A stretch of DNA of 64,000 nucleotides, taken from Yoonia sp. (GTDB lineage: Bacteria > Pseudomonadota > Alphaproteobacteria > Rhodobacterales > Rhodobacteraceae). Numbering within the stretch: the first letter of the stretch is position 1; every line of letters begins with the position of its first letter. Shown piece after piece: positions 38,878 to 49,398 of this stretch. Under the pieces are notes generated by a model. The model was not told the origin of the DNA and did not search any database. It worked only from the letters and a program-made list of their open reading frames with translations. The stretch spans positions 6 to 64,005 of the forward strand of contig NZ_JAFMHR010000001.1 in NCBI RefSeq assembly GCF_017854415.1, in the 5' to 3' direction. The translations under genes and the position numbers were made by a program.

Positions 38878-39432
38878 TCACAAACACGGGTTCGAGACGG
38901 GCAGACGGGGCAAAGACATCATGCCATCAATTTCCGCGCGGCTCTCTATGGTGAATATCTGATCGGCCAAATTGGTAACAACGCTTAGGTTGGAACAGTA
39001 CGGACGCGCGGCCACGATCTGCGACGCAACCAAACTGTCAAAACGCTCTTGCACGGTTTCGCGGGACGCAACGGGCACAGCATTTGCGGCATAGAACGAC
39101 AATGCCTTGTCCAGATAGGTGGCCTGAATGGCTGCCTGATCCTCTGGCAGGCTCGCTTCGCAAGCCTGCAGTGCACTTTCGATAGTAGCTAGGATGCTAA
39201 CGAAACAACCCACTGCCCCTTCGCCGCTTTCATCAAGGCCTGTGTACTGCCGTTCCTCATTGCTATCGTGCAGAATAGTAATATTTTCTAACTGCAAAAT
39301 CTGGCGCGCGGGTGAAACCACCTGCACTTTGTCCGGATTGTCAACAAACAGCCCTGCATAATCAATCAGATCAAGCGGGTCTGCCAAAGCGGGTCCTGCA
39401 CAAAGTGCTGCAATGATCGCCAGTCGTTTCAT
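38878..39432 (-). CDS. secreted protein of unknown function (4 Cys)
   Basis: Signal peptide MKRLAIIAALCAGPALA. I recognise no motif. Confidence 0.5.
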   Translation of the reverse strand: MKRLAIIAALCAGPALADPLDLIDYAGLFVDNPDKVQVVSPARQILQLENITILHDSNEERQYTGLDESGEGAVGCFVSILATIESALQACEASLPEDQAAIQATYLDKALSFYAANAVPVASRETVQERFDSLVASQIVAARPYCSNLSVVTNLADQIFTIESRAEIDGMMSLPRLPVSNPCL

Positions 39433-39436
39433 TCAT

Positions 39437-40258
39437 TTATCCTTGTAAGCCGCGCAAATGCGCGTTCAGTTCAAGTAGATCGGCCCAAGCTTCGCGCTTG
39501 GCAATGGGATTACGCAGCAAATGATCGGGGTGCAGCATCGGCAAGCAGGGCTTGCCCAAAACCTCGGCCCATGTGCCACGCAGACGGGAAATGCCATTGC
39601 GCGCCATGAGTGCCGCACAAGGTGTGTTGCCCATCAAAATCAAAACATCAGGGTCAACCAAAGCGACATGACGTTCCAGAAATGGCAGCATCATAGCAAT
39701 CTCTGATGCGTCCGGCGCGCGGTTTGAAGGGGGACGCCATGGTAAAACTGTTGTGACATAAAGACTGCGTGCTGCGTCAGCATGTGCGCGGCCCATCTGG
39801 ATCGCGTCAAACATCCGGTCCAGCAATTGACCTGCCCGGCCAACAAAGGGCCGCCCAGCGCGGTCTTCTTCGCGGCTAGGCGCGTCACCAATGATCATAA
39901 CGCGCGCAGCCAGGTTGCCATCGCCAAAGACAAACTTGCGCGCACCACGCTTCAATTCGCAGTGCTCAAACGCTTCCATGGCGGCCATTAGGGCGGGCAG
40001 ATCACTGGCGGCAGCAGCTGCGGTTCGCGCCAATCCAACGGCATCTATTTCTGGCGCTTGCGGCAATGGGGGCGTTGGCGCGCGCTTTTCAGGACCGCCG
40101 GTTTGGGCCGCTGGTGTTGGGGCAATTTTCGGTTCCGGCTTTGCGGTTTCCAACGCATATCGGTCAATCGGCGCGTCCAAAATCGCGTCCGTCGCTCCCA
40201 ACTCTACCTGCCATTCCAGCAAGGCGCGGTCGTTCCAATATTTGTTCACCGAATCCAT
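39437..40258 (-). CDS. uracil-DNA glycosylase, family 4-like
   Basis: IGDAPSREEDRAGRPFVGRAGQLL and the HPDHLLRNP motif. The start is trimmed to MDSVNKYW. Confidence 0.7.
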   Translation of the reverse strand: MDSVNKYWNDRALLEWQVELGATDAILDAPIDRYALETAKPEPKIAPTPAAQTGGPEKRAPTPPLPQAPEIDAVGLARTAAAAASDLPALMAAMEAFEHCELKRGARKFVFGDGNLAARVMIIGDAPSREEDRAGRPFVGRAGQLLDRMFDAIQMGRAHADAARSLYVTTVLPWRPPSNRAPDASEIAMMLPFLERHVALVDPDVLILMGNTPCAALMARNGISRLRGTWAEVLGKPCLPMLHPDHLLRNPIAKREAWADLLELNAHLRGLQG

Positions 40259-40362
40259 GAGCCATACGATATGCTGGATCGCAACAGATGTGCAGTGCTT
40301 GCAGCATTGAAGCACACCGCACAGCCCCCTATAAGGGCACGAACTGCACGCATGAGGGCCTA

Positions 40363-41313
40363 ATGACATTCCGCGCCAAGCATCTTCTGGGCATTGAACC
40401 GCTGCACCCCACCGAAATCACCACGCTTTTGGATTTGGCCGACAGCTATGCCGACCATAACCGACGCGGGGTGGCTCACCGAGATGTGTTGGCGGGGCTG
40501 ACGCAAATCAACATGTTCTTTGAAAACTCGACCCGCACGCAGGCCAGTTTTGAGCTGGCGGGCAAACGCTTGGGCGCGGATGTGATGAACATGGGCATGC
40601 AGGCCTCGTCCATCAAAAAGGGCGAGACGCTGATTGATACCGCCCTGACGTTGAACGCGATGCGGCCAGATTTGCTGGTCGTCCGACATCCGCATTCGGG
40701 CGCGGTCGATCTGCTGGCCCAAAAAGTAAACTGCGCCGTGCTGAATGCGGGCGACGGCAAGCACGAACATCCGACCCAAGCCCTTCTGGATGCGCTGACC
40801 ATCCGCCGGGCCAAGGGCCGTTTGCACCGCCTGTCCATCGCGATTTGCGGGGATATTGCGCATAGCCGTGTGGCCCGATCAAACATAATGCTGCTGGGCA
40901 AGATGGAAAACCGAATTCGCTTAATCGCGCCGCCGACCCTTATGCCCTCTGGCATGGCAGAATTCGGCGTCGAGGTCTTTGAAAGCATGGAGGAAGGCCT
41001 CAAGGACGTGGACGTCGTCATGATGCTTCGCCTTCAAAAAGAACGCATGGATGGCGGCTTTATCCCCTCCGAACGTGAATATTATCACCGCTACGGCCTT
41101 GATGCCGCCAAGCTGGCGCACGCAAAACCGGACGCGATCATTATGCACCCCGGCCCGATGAACCGCGGCGTTGAAATCGACGGAACATTGGCCGACGACA
41201 TCAATCGGTCAGTCATCCAAGAACAGGTGGAAATGGGTGTTGCAGTCCGCATGGCCGCGATGGACTTGTTGGCCCAAAACCTGCGCGGTGACCGCAAGGC
41301 GGTGATGGTATGA
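40363..41313 (+). CDS. pyrB: aspartate carbamoyltransferase catalytic subunit
   Basis: [13 protein letters not shown]...HPTQ...HPGPMNRG. Confidence 0.9.
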   Translation: MTFRAKHLLGIEPLHPTEITTLLDLADSYADHNRRGVAHRDVLAGLTQINMFFENSTRTQASFELAGKRLGADVMNMGMQASSIKKGETLIDTALTLNAMRPDLLVVRHPHSGAVDLLAQKVNCAVLNAGDGKHEHPTQALLDALTIRRAKGRLHRLSIAICGDIAHSRVARSNIMLLGKMENRIRLIAPPTLMPSGMAEFGVEVFESMEEGLKDVDVVMMLRLQKERMDGGFIPSEREYYHRYGLDAAKLAHAKPDAIIMHPGPMNRGVEIDGTLADDINRSVIQEQVEMGVAVRMAAMDLLAQNLRGDRKAVMV

Positions 41314-41834
41314 CACTTGAAATCGCCGCAAATGATCATGGCGCGATCTATGTGTTTGAAGTCATTGGTGTCCCGCCTGCTGATTTAGGCGACAAAACCG
41401 ACGCGGCACTTATGGCAGTGTTCGGACCAGTCGTGCTCAACACTGACTATGTCGATGTGATCATGCCAGGTGTGTTGACCGATATGCCGCTGCCGCAGTT
41501 TATAACGCACGGCTATGATATGCCCGTCGCAGACGATGTAGCAGAAGAATTGCGCAGCTTGGTCGGTACCGCCGTGCTAGTCATGTCCGCTGCGTTTGGC
41601 GGGCAAGAAGTCGCTTTGGATTTGCCGGAAAATACGCGGCTTGTGGCGACATTGCGCGAAAAATCCACGATCAAGGTGATCGATCCGCTGAACTCTTCAA
41701 GTGCCGAAGGCACGCTAGATAGCAAACCGGCGAAGCCAGCCAAATCGAACGCTCGGATGAGCGGCATGGTCGCGACTTACGCGTTGCTTGCTATGTTCGC
41801 CCTTGTTGGCTTGATGATCTGGGTGGGCGGCTGA
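41310..41834 (+). CDS. tail-anchored protein of unknown function
   Basis: 174 aa: a soluble acidic domain, a Lys/Pro linker and a C-terminal TM segment ([22 protein letters not shown]). The ATG overlaps the pyrB stop (ATGA). Confidence 0.5.
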   Translation: MTLEIAANDHGAIYVFEVIGVPPADLGDKTDAALMAVFGPVVLNTDYVDVIMPGVLTDMPLPQFITHGYDMPVADDVAEELRSLVGTAVLVMSAAFGGQEVALDLPENTRLVATLREKSTIKVIDPLNSSSAEGTLDSKPAKPAKSNARMSGMVATYALLAMFALVGLMIWVGG

Positions 41835-41874
41835 TGCTTTTTGAAATGACACTTTGCGCGCAGGATACCGCACA

Positions 41875-43158
41875 ATGACCGCAACATTCTTTGCCAACGC
41901 CCGCCTTATTGATCCGGTCGCCCTGACCGACAGCATTGGAGCGATCTTGATCGAAAACGGGATCATCAAGGCGGTTTTTGACGGCGATGCGACACCGCCC
42001 AAAGGCGCGGTTGTCATCGACTGCGGCGGCCACTGCATCGCCCCCGGGATCATCGATATCGGCGTGAAAGTGTCCGAACCAGGAGAGCGACACAAAGAAT
42101 CCTTCCGCTCGGCTGGGCGTGCTGCGGCGGCAGGTGGCGTGACAACGATTGTGACCCGCCCCGATACGCTTCCTGCGATTGATACACCCGAAACGCTCGA
42201 ATTTGTGGAACGCCGTGCGCAACAAGACGCGCCCGTTCATGTGCTGCCAATGGCCGCGCTGACCAAAGGTCGCGATGGGCGCGAAATGACCGAAATTGGC
42301 CTATTACAAGATGCAGGTGCGGTGGCTTTTACTGACTGCGACCGCGTCGTGATAAACACCAAAGTTTACAGCCGTGCGTTGACCTACGCGCGATCTCTGA
42401 ATGCGCTGGTCATTGGCCATATCCAAGAACCCGTTTTGTCGGATGGGGCGGCAGTGACCTCTGGCAAGTTCGCGTCTTTGCGCGGCCTGCCCGGTGTCAG
42501 CCCGATGGCCGAACGCATGGGATTGGACCGCGATATCAGCCTTCTGGAAATGACTGGTGCGCGGTATCACGTCGACCAGATCACGACCGCCCGTGCGCTT
42601 CCCGCGCTGGAACGCGCCAAGCGTAATGGCGTGAAAATCACGGCAGGCGTTGGCGTACACCACCTGACGCTGAACGAATTGGACGTGGCCGACTACCGGA
42701 CGTTCTTTAAGCTTAAACCGCCCTTGCGCAGTGAAGATGACCGCATTGCTGTGGTCCAAGCGGTCGCCGAAGGGCTCATCGATATCATCTGCTCGATGCA
42801 CACCCCCCAAGACGAAGAAAGCAAACGCCTGCCCTATGAAGAAGCCGCAAGCGGCGCTGTCGGGCTAGAAACGTTGCTGCCAGCCGCGCTTCGGCTTTAT
42901 CATGCCGAGATGATCGATCTGCCGCGCCTGTTCCGCGCATTGTCGCTAAACCCTGCCAATCTCCTTGGACTCGCGGCGGGGCGGCTTGCGATCGATGCAC
43001 CGGCAGACCTCATTCTGTTTGACCCGCATGCGCCGTTCCAACTGGATCGCAACACTCTTTTATCGAAATCAAAGAACACACCGTTTGACGGCGCAATCAT
43101 GCAAGGCCGCGTCCTTGGCACATGGGTCGACGGAAACCGCGTATGGGAGAAATCATAA
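41875..43158 (+). CDS. pyrC: dihydroorotase(-like), amidohydrolase superfamily
   Basis: Typical N-terminus (ARLIDP...GIIDIGV) and pyrB neighbourhood. I did not check whether it is a catalytic or a structural PyrC'. Confidence 0.75.
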   Translation: MTATFFANARLIDPVALTDSIGAILIENGIIKAVFDGDATPPKGAVVIDCGGHCIAPGIIDIGVKVSEPGERHKESFRSAGRAAAAGGVTTIVTRPDTLPAIDTPETLEFVERRAQQDAPVHVLPMAALTKGRDGREMTEIGLLQDAGAVAFTDCDRVVINTKVYSRALTYARSLNALVIGHIQEPVLSDGAAVTSGKFASLRGLPGVSPMAERMGLDRDISLLEMTGARYHVDQITTARALPALERAKRNGVKITAGVGVHHLTLNELDVADYRTFFKLKPPLRSEDDRIAVVQAVAEGLIDIICSMHTPQDEESKRLPYEEAASGAVGLETLLPAALRLYHAEMIDLPRLFRALSLNPANLLGLAAGRLAIDAPADLILFDPHAPFQLDRNTLLSKSKNTPFDGAIMQGRVLGTWVDGNRVWEKS

Positions 43159-43772
43159 TGCCAACTGCCGAAATTGCATACGGGACGCTGATCCTTTGGG
43201 GCGTCGTCGGATATCTGTTTGGATCGATACCAAGTGGGATGATCCTTGCGCGGGTCATGCACCTTGGCAACCTGCGCGAAATTGGATCAGGCAACATCGG
43301 GGCGACGAATGTTTTGCGCACCGGCAATAAAAAGGCCGCAGCGCTAACGTTGGTTTTTGATGCAGCAAAAGGCGCGATTGTCGTGCTTTTGGCCCGCGCC
43401 CTCGCGTCAGAAGATGCAGCGCAGATCGGCGCGCTGATGGCGTTCATAGGGCACTGCTTTCCAGTTTGGCTGCGCTTTAAGGGCGGCAAAGGTGTTGCAA
43501 CCTATCTGGGAATTTTATGGGCATTGGCATGGCCGATGGGGGCTGCGGCCTGCTTGATCTGGCTCGCGATTGCAGCGATCACACGCTATTCGTCGCTAGC
43601 GGCGTTGTTCGCCGCAGGTTGGACACCTGTCGTGATGGTTTCTACAGGCTACGGACAGTTCTTCACACTTGCCGCAATTCTTGGCCTGCTGATCTATGCG
43701 CGCCACTGGAGCAATATTCAGCGCCTGCGCAAAGGCACCGAAACCAAGATTGGCGGCAAAGCGAACGCTTAG
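43158..43772 (+). CDS. plsY: glycerol-3-phosphate acyltransferase PlsY
   Basis: GYLFGSIPSG...GSGNIGATNVLR...GGKGVAT. Confidence 0.9.
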   Translation: MPTAEIAYGTLILWGVVGYLFGSIPSGMILARVMHLGNLREIGSGNIGATNVLRTGNKKAAALTLVFDAAKGAIVVLLARALASEDAAQIGALMAFIGHCFPVWLRFKGGKGVATYLGILWALAWPMGAAACLIWLAIAAITRYSSLAALFAAGWTPVVMVSTGYGQFFTLAAILGLLIYARHWSNIQRLRKGTETKIGGKANA

Positions 43773-45139
43773 TAGCTATACTCGGCATAGATACGTTTCA
43801 GATCACCGCCCCATTCGCCGTGGTACTTGCGTAGCAATTCGTCTGCTGGGGTTTCACCGCTTTCCAAGGTTTCTTTGAGAGCGTTCAGGAAATGCGTTTC
43901 ATCAGGAACCAAGCCACCCGCACCGGGCATGGCACGCGCTTTCAAACCAGCCTCGGAAATCGCCACGACTTCGCGGGCAAGCGCGTACATGTCGATGCCG
44001 TCAACTTTCGCCTGCAAACCATCGACTGACGCTGCAACCCGCAATGCCTCGCGCTGTTCGGCAGTCCAATGCTTGCAAAGATCCCACGCCGCATCCAGTG
44101 CGGTTTGATCATACATCAAGCCAACCCAGAATGCAGGCAACGCGCAAAGGCGGCGCCACGGCCCACCATCCGCGCCGCGCATTTCGATATACTGCTTTAC
44201 GCGGGCCTCTGGAAATACTGTGGTCAGGTGGTCGGCCCAATCCGACAGCAACGGCTTTTCACCGGGCAACGCGGGCAATTCGCCCTTCAGGAAATCGCGG
44301 AACGACATGCCCAGCGCGTCAATGTACTTGCCATCGCGGTAAACAAAATACATCGGCACATCGAGGACCCATTGCACCCAAGCCTCAAAGCCAAAGCCCT
44401 CTTCGAAAATGAACGGGATCATACCGGTACGGGCATCATCAAGGTCACGCCAGATGCGCGACCGCCATGATTTGTGACCGTTTACCTTGCCTTCAAAGAA
44501 CGGCGAATTTGCAAAAAGGGCAGCCGCAACAGGCTGCAACGCAATCGCGACGCGCATTTTCTGGACCATGTCGGCCTCTGATCCGAAGTCCAGATTGACC
44601 TGTACGGTACAAGTGCGGCGCATCATGGATGTGCCCATGGTGCCGACCTTTTGCATGTAGTTGTTCATCAGCTTGTAACGCCCCTTGGGCATCAGCGGCA
44701 TTTCGTCGTGCGTCCATTCAGGAGCAGCACCAAGCCCGATAAACTTCACACCAATTTCGTCTGAAACGGATTTCACTTCGGCCAAATGACTGTTCACTTC
44801 GTCACAGGTTTGGTGGATCGTCTCTAGCGGGGCGCCCGAAAGTTCCAAAGCACCACCCGGTTCCAAGCTGACGTTCGCGCCATCTTTGGTCAGGCCAATG
44901 ATGTTGCCTTCTTCCTCGACACGGTCCCAGCCAAAGCGACCTTCCAGCCCTTCAAGCACGGCCTTGATCGATCGCGCGCCTTCATACGGCAACGGCTTGA
45001 GCGTATCCGCGCAATAGCCGAATTTCTCGTGCTCTGTACCGATACGCCAGTCTTCTTTGGGCTTGCAGCCTTTGGCCAACACCTCTGCCAGTTGGTCGTG
45101 GTGTTCAATGGTGCCGCCGCCGGATTGAGGGATAGACAT
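43769..45139 (-). CDS. gshA: glutamate--cysteine ligase, plant/alphaproteobacterial GCS2 type
   Basis: 456 aa. RIGTEHEKFGY... is typical of the family. Confidence 0.8.
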   Translation of the reverse strand: MSIPQSGGGTIEHHDQLAEVLAKGCKPKEDWRIGTEHEKFGYCADTLKPLPYEGARSIKAVLEGLEGRFGWDRVEEEGNIIGLTKDGANVSLEPGGALELSGAPLETIHQTCDEVNSHLAEVKSVSDEIGVKFIGLGAAPEWTHDEMPLMPKGRYKLMNNYMQKVGTMGTSMMRRTCTVQVNLDFGSEADMVQKMRVAIALQPVAAALFANSPFFEGKVNGHKSWRSRIWRDLDDARTGMIPFIFEEGFGFEAWVQWVLDVPMYFVYRDGKYIDALGMSFRDFLKGELPALPGEKPLLSDWADHLTTVFPEARVKQYIEMRGADGGPWRRLCALPAFWVGLMYDQTALDAAWDLCKHWTAEQREALRVAASVDGLQAKVDGIDMYALAREVVAISEAGLKARAMPGAGGLVPDETHFLNALKETLESGETPADELLRKYHGEWGGDLKRIYAEYSY

Positions 45140-45199
45140 GGGCGCAAGCCTTTCGAGAAAATGGTCAGTTGTTATCGGTGCATTGCCCGACCACTGCTG

Positions 45200-45718
45200 T
45201 CAATGCAAGAGCGGCTTAACCCGGCTCCATACGGTCACCCGCGCATCGGGTGTGCGCGAAAGCACATCCAGCACGGTGTTTGTTTTGATATCAGGAAGCG
45301 ACGCAAACACGTCAAAAAGGTCTTCGGCCCCCTTAGCATTGATTGGAATAGACAGGCGTTGGCCGTCGATACCTGTCAAAAGCCAGCTAGGCGCAGGATG
45401 ACTGCTGGGATCAATCTCAAGCTTGGCAAGGTCCACCACATCAATCACACCGCCATCAAGCGGGCCGAAATATGCCAAGCGACGTTCGCGGATCTGGACC
45501 ACTCCGGGGCCACCCCCGTCTTGAGCAAAGCGCGCACGCTGCACGCCAGCGATCCCCCAACCAATGCCGATTAGGCAGAAAATATAACCCAGCCATTCGT
45601 TGATGCCGACACCTGTAAGTGCCCACCATAGGCCCATCGCAAAGACGACACCGGCCAAAAGCACCTCGCGCCAGCGCCAGAAAAAAGCACGTACTTCGGG
45701 GCGGAAAAAATCAGTCAT
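45200..45718 (-). CDS. two-TM membrane protein of unknown function
   Basis: MTDFFRPEVRAFFWRW..., two hydrophobic helices, then a soluble C-domain. It overlaps the rsmE end by 8 nt. Confidence 0.45.
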   Translation of the reverse strand: MTDFFRPEVRAFFWRWREVLLAGVVFAMGLWWALTGVGINEWLGYIFCLIGIGWGIAGVQRARFAQDGGGPGVVQIRERRLAYFGPLDGGVIDVVDLAKLEIDPSSHPAPSWLLTGIDGQRLSIPINAKGAEDLFDVFASLPDIKTNTVLDVLSRTPDARVTVWSRVKPLLH

Positions 45719-46442
45719 CTGTTGTCCAATCACCCAAAGCCTGCTGCCAGACAGTCAAGGCCGCAACCGCCGCCGTGTCAGCGCGCAGTATACGCGGCCC
45801 AAGACTGACTGCATGTGCAAAAGGTAAGGCATGTAGTCGGTCACGTTCGGTCGGGGAAAATCCGCCTTCGGGTCCGATCAAAATTGCCCAAGGGCCACTG
45901 ATATCGGGCAACCCAACAGGAACGCCGATCAAAACTTCGTCACAAAACATCAGTTGGCGATCCGCAGGCCAATCCGCCAGCAATCTGTCGAGCTTCTTCA
46001 ATTCATCCACTGGCGGCACAAACGTCCCGCCGCATTGCTCGGCGGCTTCGACCGCATGCGCTTGCAGCTTGTCTTGGCGAATACGGTTCGCACTTTGGGT
46101 ATAGTCTGTCTGTACCGGGCAGATACGCGCAGCACCCATTTCAACAGCCTTTTCAACAATAAAGGCCGTGCGTTCTTTGCGGATCGGGGCGAACAGCAGC
46201 CATAAATCAGGGGGTGTTTGCAAGGGCCGCGTCTGCGACTGACACAGCAAAATCCCACCCTTCTTGCCGGCCTTTTCAACCGTCGCATCCCATTCGCCAT
46301 CGACGCCATTGATCAGCGATAAGACCACGCCTTCATCCATACGCATCACCCCAAATAGATAATGCGCCTGTTCGCGCGACAGCGGAACCGATTGCCCTTG
46401 CCCTAGGGGGTGATCTACATAAAGTCGAACCTTGGAAGCCAT
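45711..46442 (-). CDS. rsmE: 16S rRNA (uracil1498-N3)-methyltransferase
   Basis: VRLYVDHPL...HYL..VMR...IGPEGGFS motifs. Confidence 0.8.
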   Translation of the reverse strand: MASKVRLYVDHPLGQGQSVPLSREQAHYLFGVMRMDEGVVLSLINGVDGEWDATVEKAGKKGGILLCQSQTRPLQTPPDLWLLFAPIRKERTAFIVEKAVEMGAARICPVQTDYTQSANRIRQDKLQAHAVEAAEQCGGTFVPPVDELKKLDRLLADWPADRQLMFCDEVLIGVPVGLPDISGPWAILIGPEGGFSPTERDRLHALPFAHAVSLGPRILRADTAAVAALTVWQQALGDWTTDD

Positions 46443-46454
46443 AGACCGGATTAT

Positions 46455-47420
46455 ATGACCCAGAACGTCCAGATGCCAGAGCCGAACGGGACCGTTGCCG
46501 ATGCTGTGAAAGACAATTGGGTCGACCGCTTTGCGCCTGCGGTCACGCGACCCTATCTGCGACTTAGCCGCGCTGATCGGCCGATCGGGACATGGTTGCT
46601 GTACTTGCCCTGCCTTTGGGGGCTGTCACTGGCGATACTTGCGACCGATAGCTACAGCCAACATGACCTTTGGACGATTGCAGGCTGCGCGATCGGTGCA
46701 TTCTTGATGCGTGGCGCAGGGTGCACATGGAATGACATCAGCGACCGCGATATTGATGGATCGGTCGCGCGAACCCGCTCTCGGCCTATTCCATCAGGGC
46801 AAGTGACCGTCAAAGGGGCAGCACTGTGGATGATTGTTCAGGCACTTCTGGCCTTTTTTATCCTGATCAGCTTCTACCCAACCGCAATTGTGCTGGGCAT
46901 CATCGCCTTACTGCCCGTTGCGATCTATCCTTTTGCGAAACGTTTCACATGGTGGCCGCAAGCTTTCTTGGGGCTCGCGTTCAACTGGGGCGCTTTGCTG
47001 GCGTGGGCTGCGCACACCAACAGCATCGGGCCTGTGCCTATTGTCCTGTATATGGCGGGCATCGCGTGGACGTTGTTCTATGACACGATATATGCCCATC
47101 AAGACGCCGAAGATGACGCACTAATCGGTGTCAAATCTACAGCACGCCTGTTCGGGGATCAAACCCGTATGTGGCTGCGGCTGTTTTTGACGATCACGAT
47201 TATTCTATTTGGCCTCGCTGTGGTTCTGGCAGCGCATGATCGCTCGATATTGTCGCTTGTGATCGCGATCGGCGGGCCTTGGGCGCTAGGCTGGCATTTA
47301 ACGTGGCAAATCGGTCGGTTTAACCCGGATGATCCCCAAGGATTGCTACGCCTGTTCCGATCAAACCGTGATGCAGGCCTTATTCCTCTGCCATTTTTCG
47401 CCTTAGCCCTTTTGGTGTGA
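46455..47420 (+). CDS. ubiA: 4-hydroxybenzoate polyprenyltransferase
   Basis: UbiA motifs NDISDRDIDGSVARTRSRP and YAHQDAEDD. Confidence 0.85.
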   Translation: MTQNVQMPEPNGTVADAVKDNWVDRFAPAVTRPYLRLSRADRPIGTWLLYLPCLWGLSLAILATDSYSQHDLWTIAGCAIGAFLMRGAGCTWNDISDRDIDGSVARTRSRPIPSGQVTVKGAALWMIVQALLAFFILISFYPTAIVLGIIALLPVAIYPFAKRFTWWPQAFLGLAFNWGALLAWAAHTNSIGPVPIVLYMAGIAWTLFYDTIYAHQDAEDDALIGVKSTARLFGDQTRMWLRLFLTITIILFGLAVVLAAHDRSILSLVIAIGGPWALGWHLTWQIGRFNPDDPQGLLRLFRSNRDAGLIPLPFFALALLV

Positions 47421-47475
47421 TTGAACACACCCGCCCATGGCCCTATGCAGTGGGCGAAACAAGTACCGGACCGTT

Positions 47476-49389
47476 ATGCGCCTCTCCATGATATTCACGC
47501 GTTTAGTCGTCTTTGCCGCTGCGGCGGCAGTGGCCTTGGTCGCAGCACAGGCGACCGTATCACAGGTCGAACAACGCTCGGTGCTTGCAGTGCAAGAAAC
47601 GCTTTTAGATCAAGGGCATGAATGGGCATCAGTGCTTGGCGACGGGTTACAAGTGATCCTCGAAGGCGAAGCCCCGACCGAAGCGGTGCGGTTCCGCGCG
47701 ATCTCTGCGGCGGGCGGACAGGTCGATGCAAGCCGCGTGATTGATAACCTGTCAGTGCGCGATTCGGCGAAGATCGTAGCGCCTGAATTTGCGATAGAAA
47801 TCTTGCGCAACAATGCAGGCGTGTCACTGATCGGTTTGATCCCTGCATCAACTGATCGTGAAGTCCTCACAAACCGCATTCAAAACATCGCAGACGGCTT
47901 GCCGGTTACGGACCTGTTGGAATCAGGCGATTATCCGGAACCTGAAAATTGGCGTGCGGCGGTCAATTATTCATTGCGAGCCTTGGGATTGCTGAACAAA
48001 TCCAAAATCTCGGTAAACGCGGACCGGGTCATCGTGAACGCTATCAGCGACAGCCCCGAAGAAAAGCGCCAGTTGGAAATCGAACTGGCGCGCAATACCC
48101 CGAACGGGGTGCGTTTGGCGGTAGACATCAGCGCGCCACGACCCGTCATCTCGCCCTTTACAACACGTTTCATTCTGGACGAGGAAGGGCCGCGCTTTGT
48201 CGCCTGCACCGCCGACACCGACGCAGCGCTAACCCAAATCCTGGTCGCAGCGTCGAAGGCAGGGTTTCAGGAACGTGCCACATGCGTTTTGGCGTTGGGT
48301 GCGCCATCACAAACTTGGGGCGAAGCTGTTGCGCTCGCGATTACTGCTGTGGGTGACCTCGAAGGCGGCACCGTCACCATTTCGGATACTGATGTGACGC
48401 TGATCGCCCCTATTGGCACCTCGCAGTCGCGCTTTGATGACATCGTGGGGCGCTTGGAAAACACACTGCCCGATGCATTTGCGATCTCGGCCGAGTTGCC
48501 GACACTACCAGATGAGACGACGCTGGCGCTGCCGCAGTTCACCGCAACGCGCAGCCCCGAAGGCCAAGTCCAGTTGCGCGGTCGCGTTCCGGACCAAATC
48601 ACCAACTCCGTCGTCGAGAACTTTGCCAATGCCAAGTTCGGCCAACGCAATGTCACAATGGGTACGCGCGTGGCAGATGGCCTCCCGAACGGCTGGTCTG
48701 TTCGCGTGCTTGCAGGCCTAGAGGCCTTGTCAGAGCTGTCGAATGGTGCCGTGAATGTGGAACCCAATACGCTTTTGGTGAGGGGGAACACAGGCAATCT
48801 GGATGCGAGTGCGGCTATCGCACGCCTGTTGATCGACAAGCTTGGGCAAGCTGCCGATTTTGAAATTGATGTCACCTACGTTGAAGCATTGGACCCGATC
48901 GCGGGCATTCCGACACCACTAGAATGTATTGCACAGATCATCGCCGCGACCGAAGGGCGCAAGATCACGTTTGACCCTGGGTCGGCTGATTTGACCGCAG
49001 CAACCCAACCTGTCCTTGATGATATCGCCGAGATTTTGAAAATATGCGGCGATCTACCGATCCGCGTGTCCGGATTTACCGACAGCCAAGGCCGCGAAGT
49101 CATGAACCAACAACTCTCTCAAGAGCGTGCTGATGCAGTTCTGTCAGCGCTCGGGGCGCGCCGCGTTCCTGTCTCGACCTTCCAATCAATCGGGTTTGGT
49201 GAAGAAACCCCGATCGCTGACAACGCGACCGAAGACGGGCGCGAGGCAAACCGCCGGATCGAGTTTAGTCTAATTTTGCCTGAACCGGTTATCGAAGAGA
49301 CCTCGACCCTTGACGAAATCGCGGAACCGGCGCCTTCAGAACCAACAGATGCAGGCACAGACGATGCGCCCCCAGCAGAAAGCGAATAG
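47476..49389 (+). CDS. large OmpA-family protein (BON-like repeats plus C-terminal OmpA domain)
   Basis: Signal anchor. C-terminus FDPGSADL...GFTDSQG...NRRIEF. Confidence 0.75.
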   Translation: MRLSMIFTRLVVFAAAAAVALVAAQATVSQVEQRSVLAVQETLLDQGHEWASVLGDGLQVILEGEAPTEAVRFRAISAAGGQVDASRVIDNLSVRDSAKIVAPEFAIEILRNNAGVSLIGLIPASTDREVLTNRIQNIADGLPVTDLLESGDYPEPENWRAAVNYSLRALGLLNKSKISVNADRVIVNAISDSPEEKRQLEIELARNTPNGVRLAVDISAPRPVISPFTTRFILDEEGPRFVACTADTDAALTQILVAASKAGFQERATCVLALGAPSQTWGEAVALAITAVGDLEGGTVTISDTDVTLIAPIGTSQSRFDDIVGRLENTLPDAFAISAELPTLPDETTLALPQFTATRSPEGQVQLRGRVPDQITNSVVENFANAKFGQRNVTMGTRVADGLPNGWSVRVLAGLEALSELSNGAVNVEPNTLLVRGNTGNLDASAAIARLLIDKLGQAADFEIDVTYVEALDPIAGIPTPLECIAQIIAATEGRKITFDPGSADLTAATQPVLDDIAEILKICGDLPIRVSGFTDSQGREVMNQQLSQERADAVLSALGARRVPVSTFQSIGFGEETPIADNATEDGREANRRIEFSLILPEPVIEETSTLDEIAEPAPSEPTDAGTDDAPPAESE

Positions 49390-49398
49390 GCTAGGCCC

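Noticed and set aside
40360-41021. Two overlapping minus-strand ORFs (167 and 181 aa) opposite pyrB
   Set aside because: These are shadow ORFs. The pyrB frame carries all ATCase signatures.
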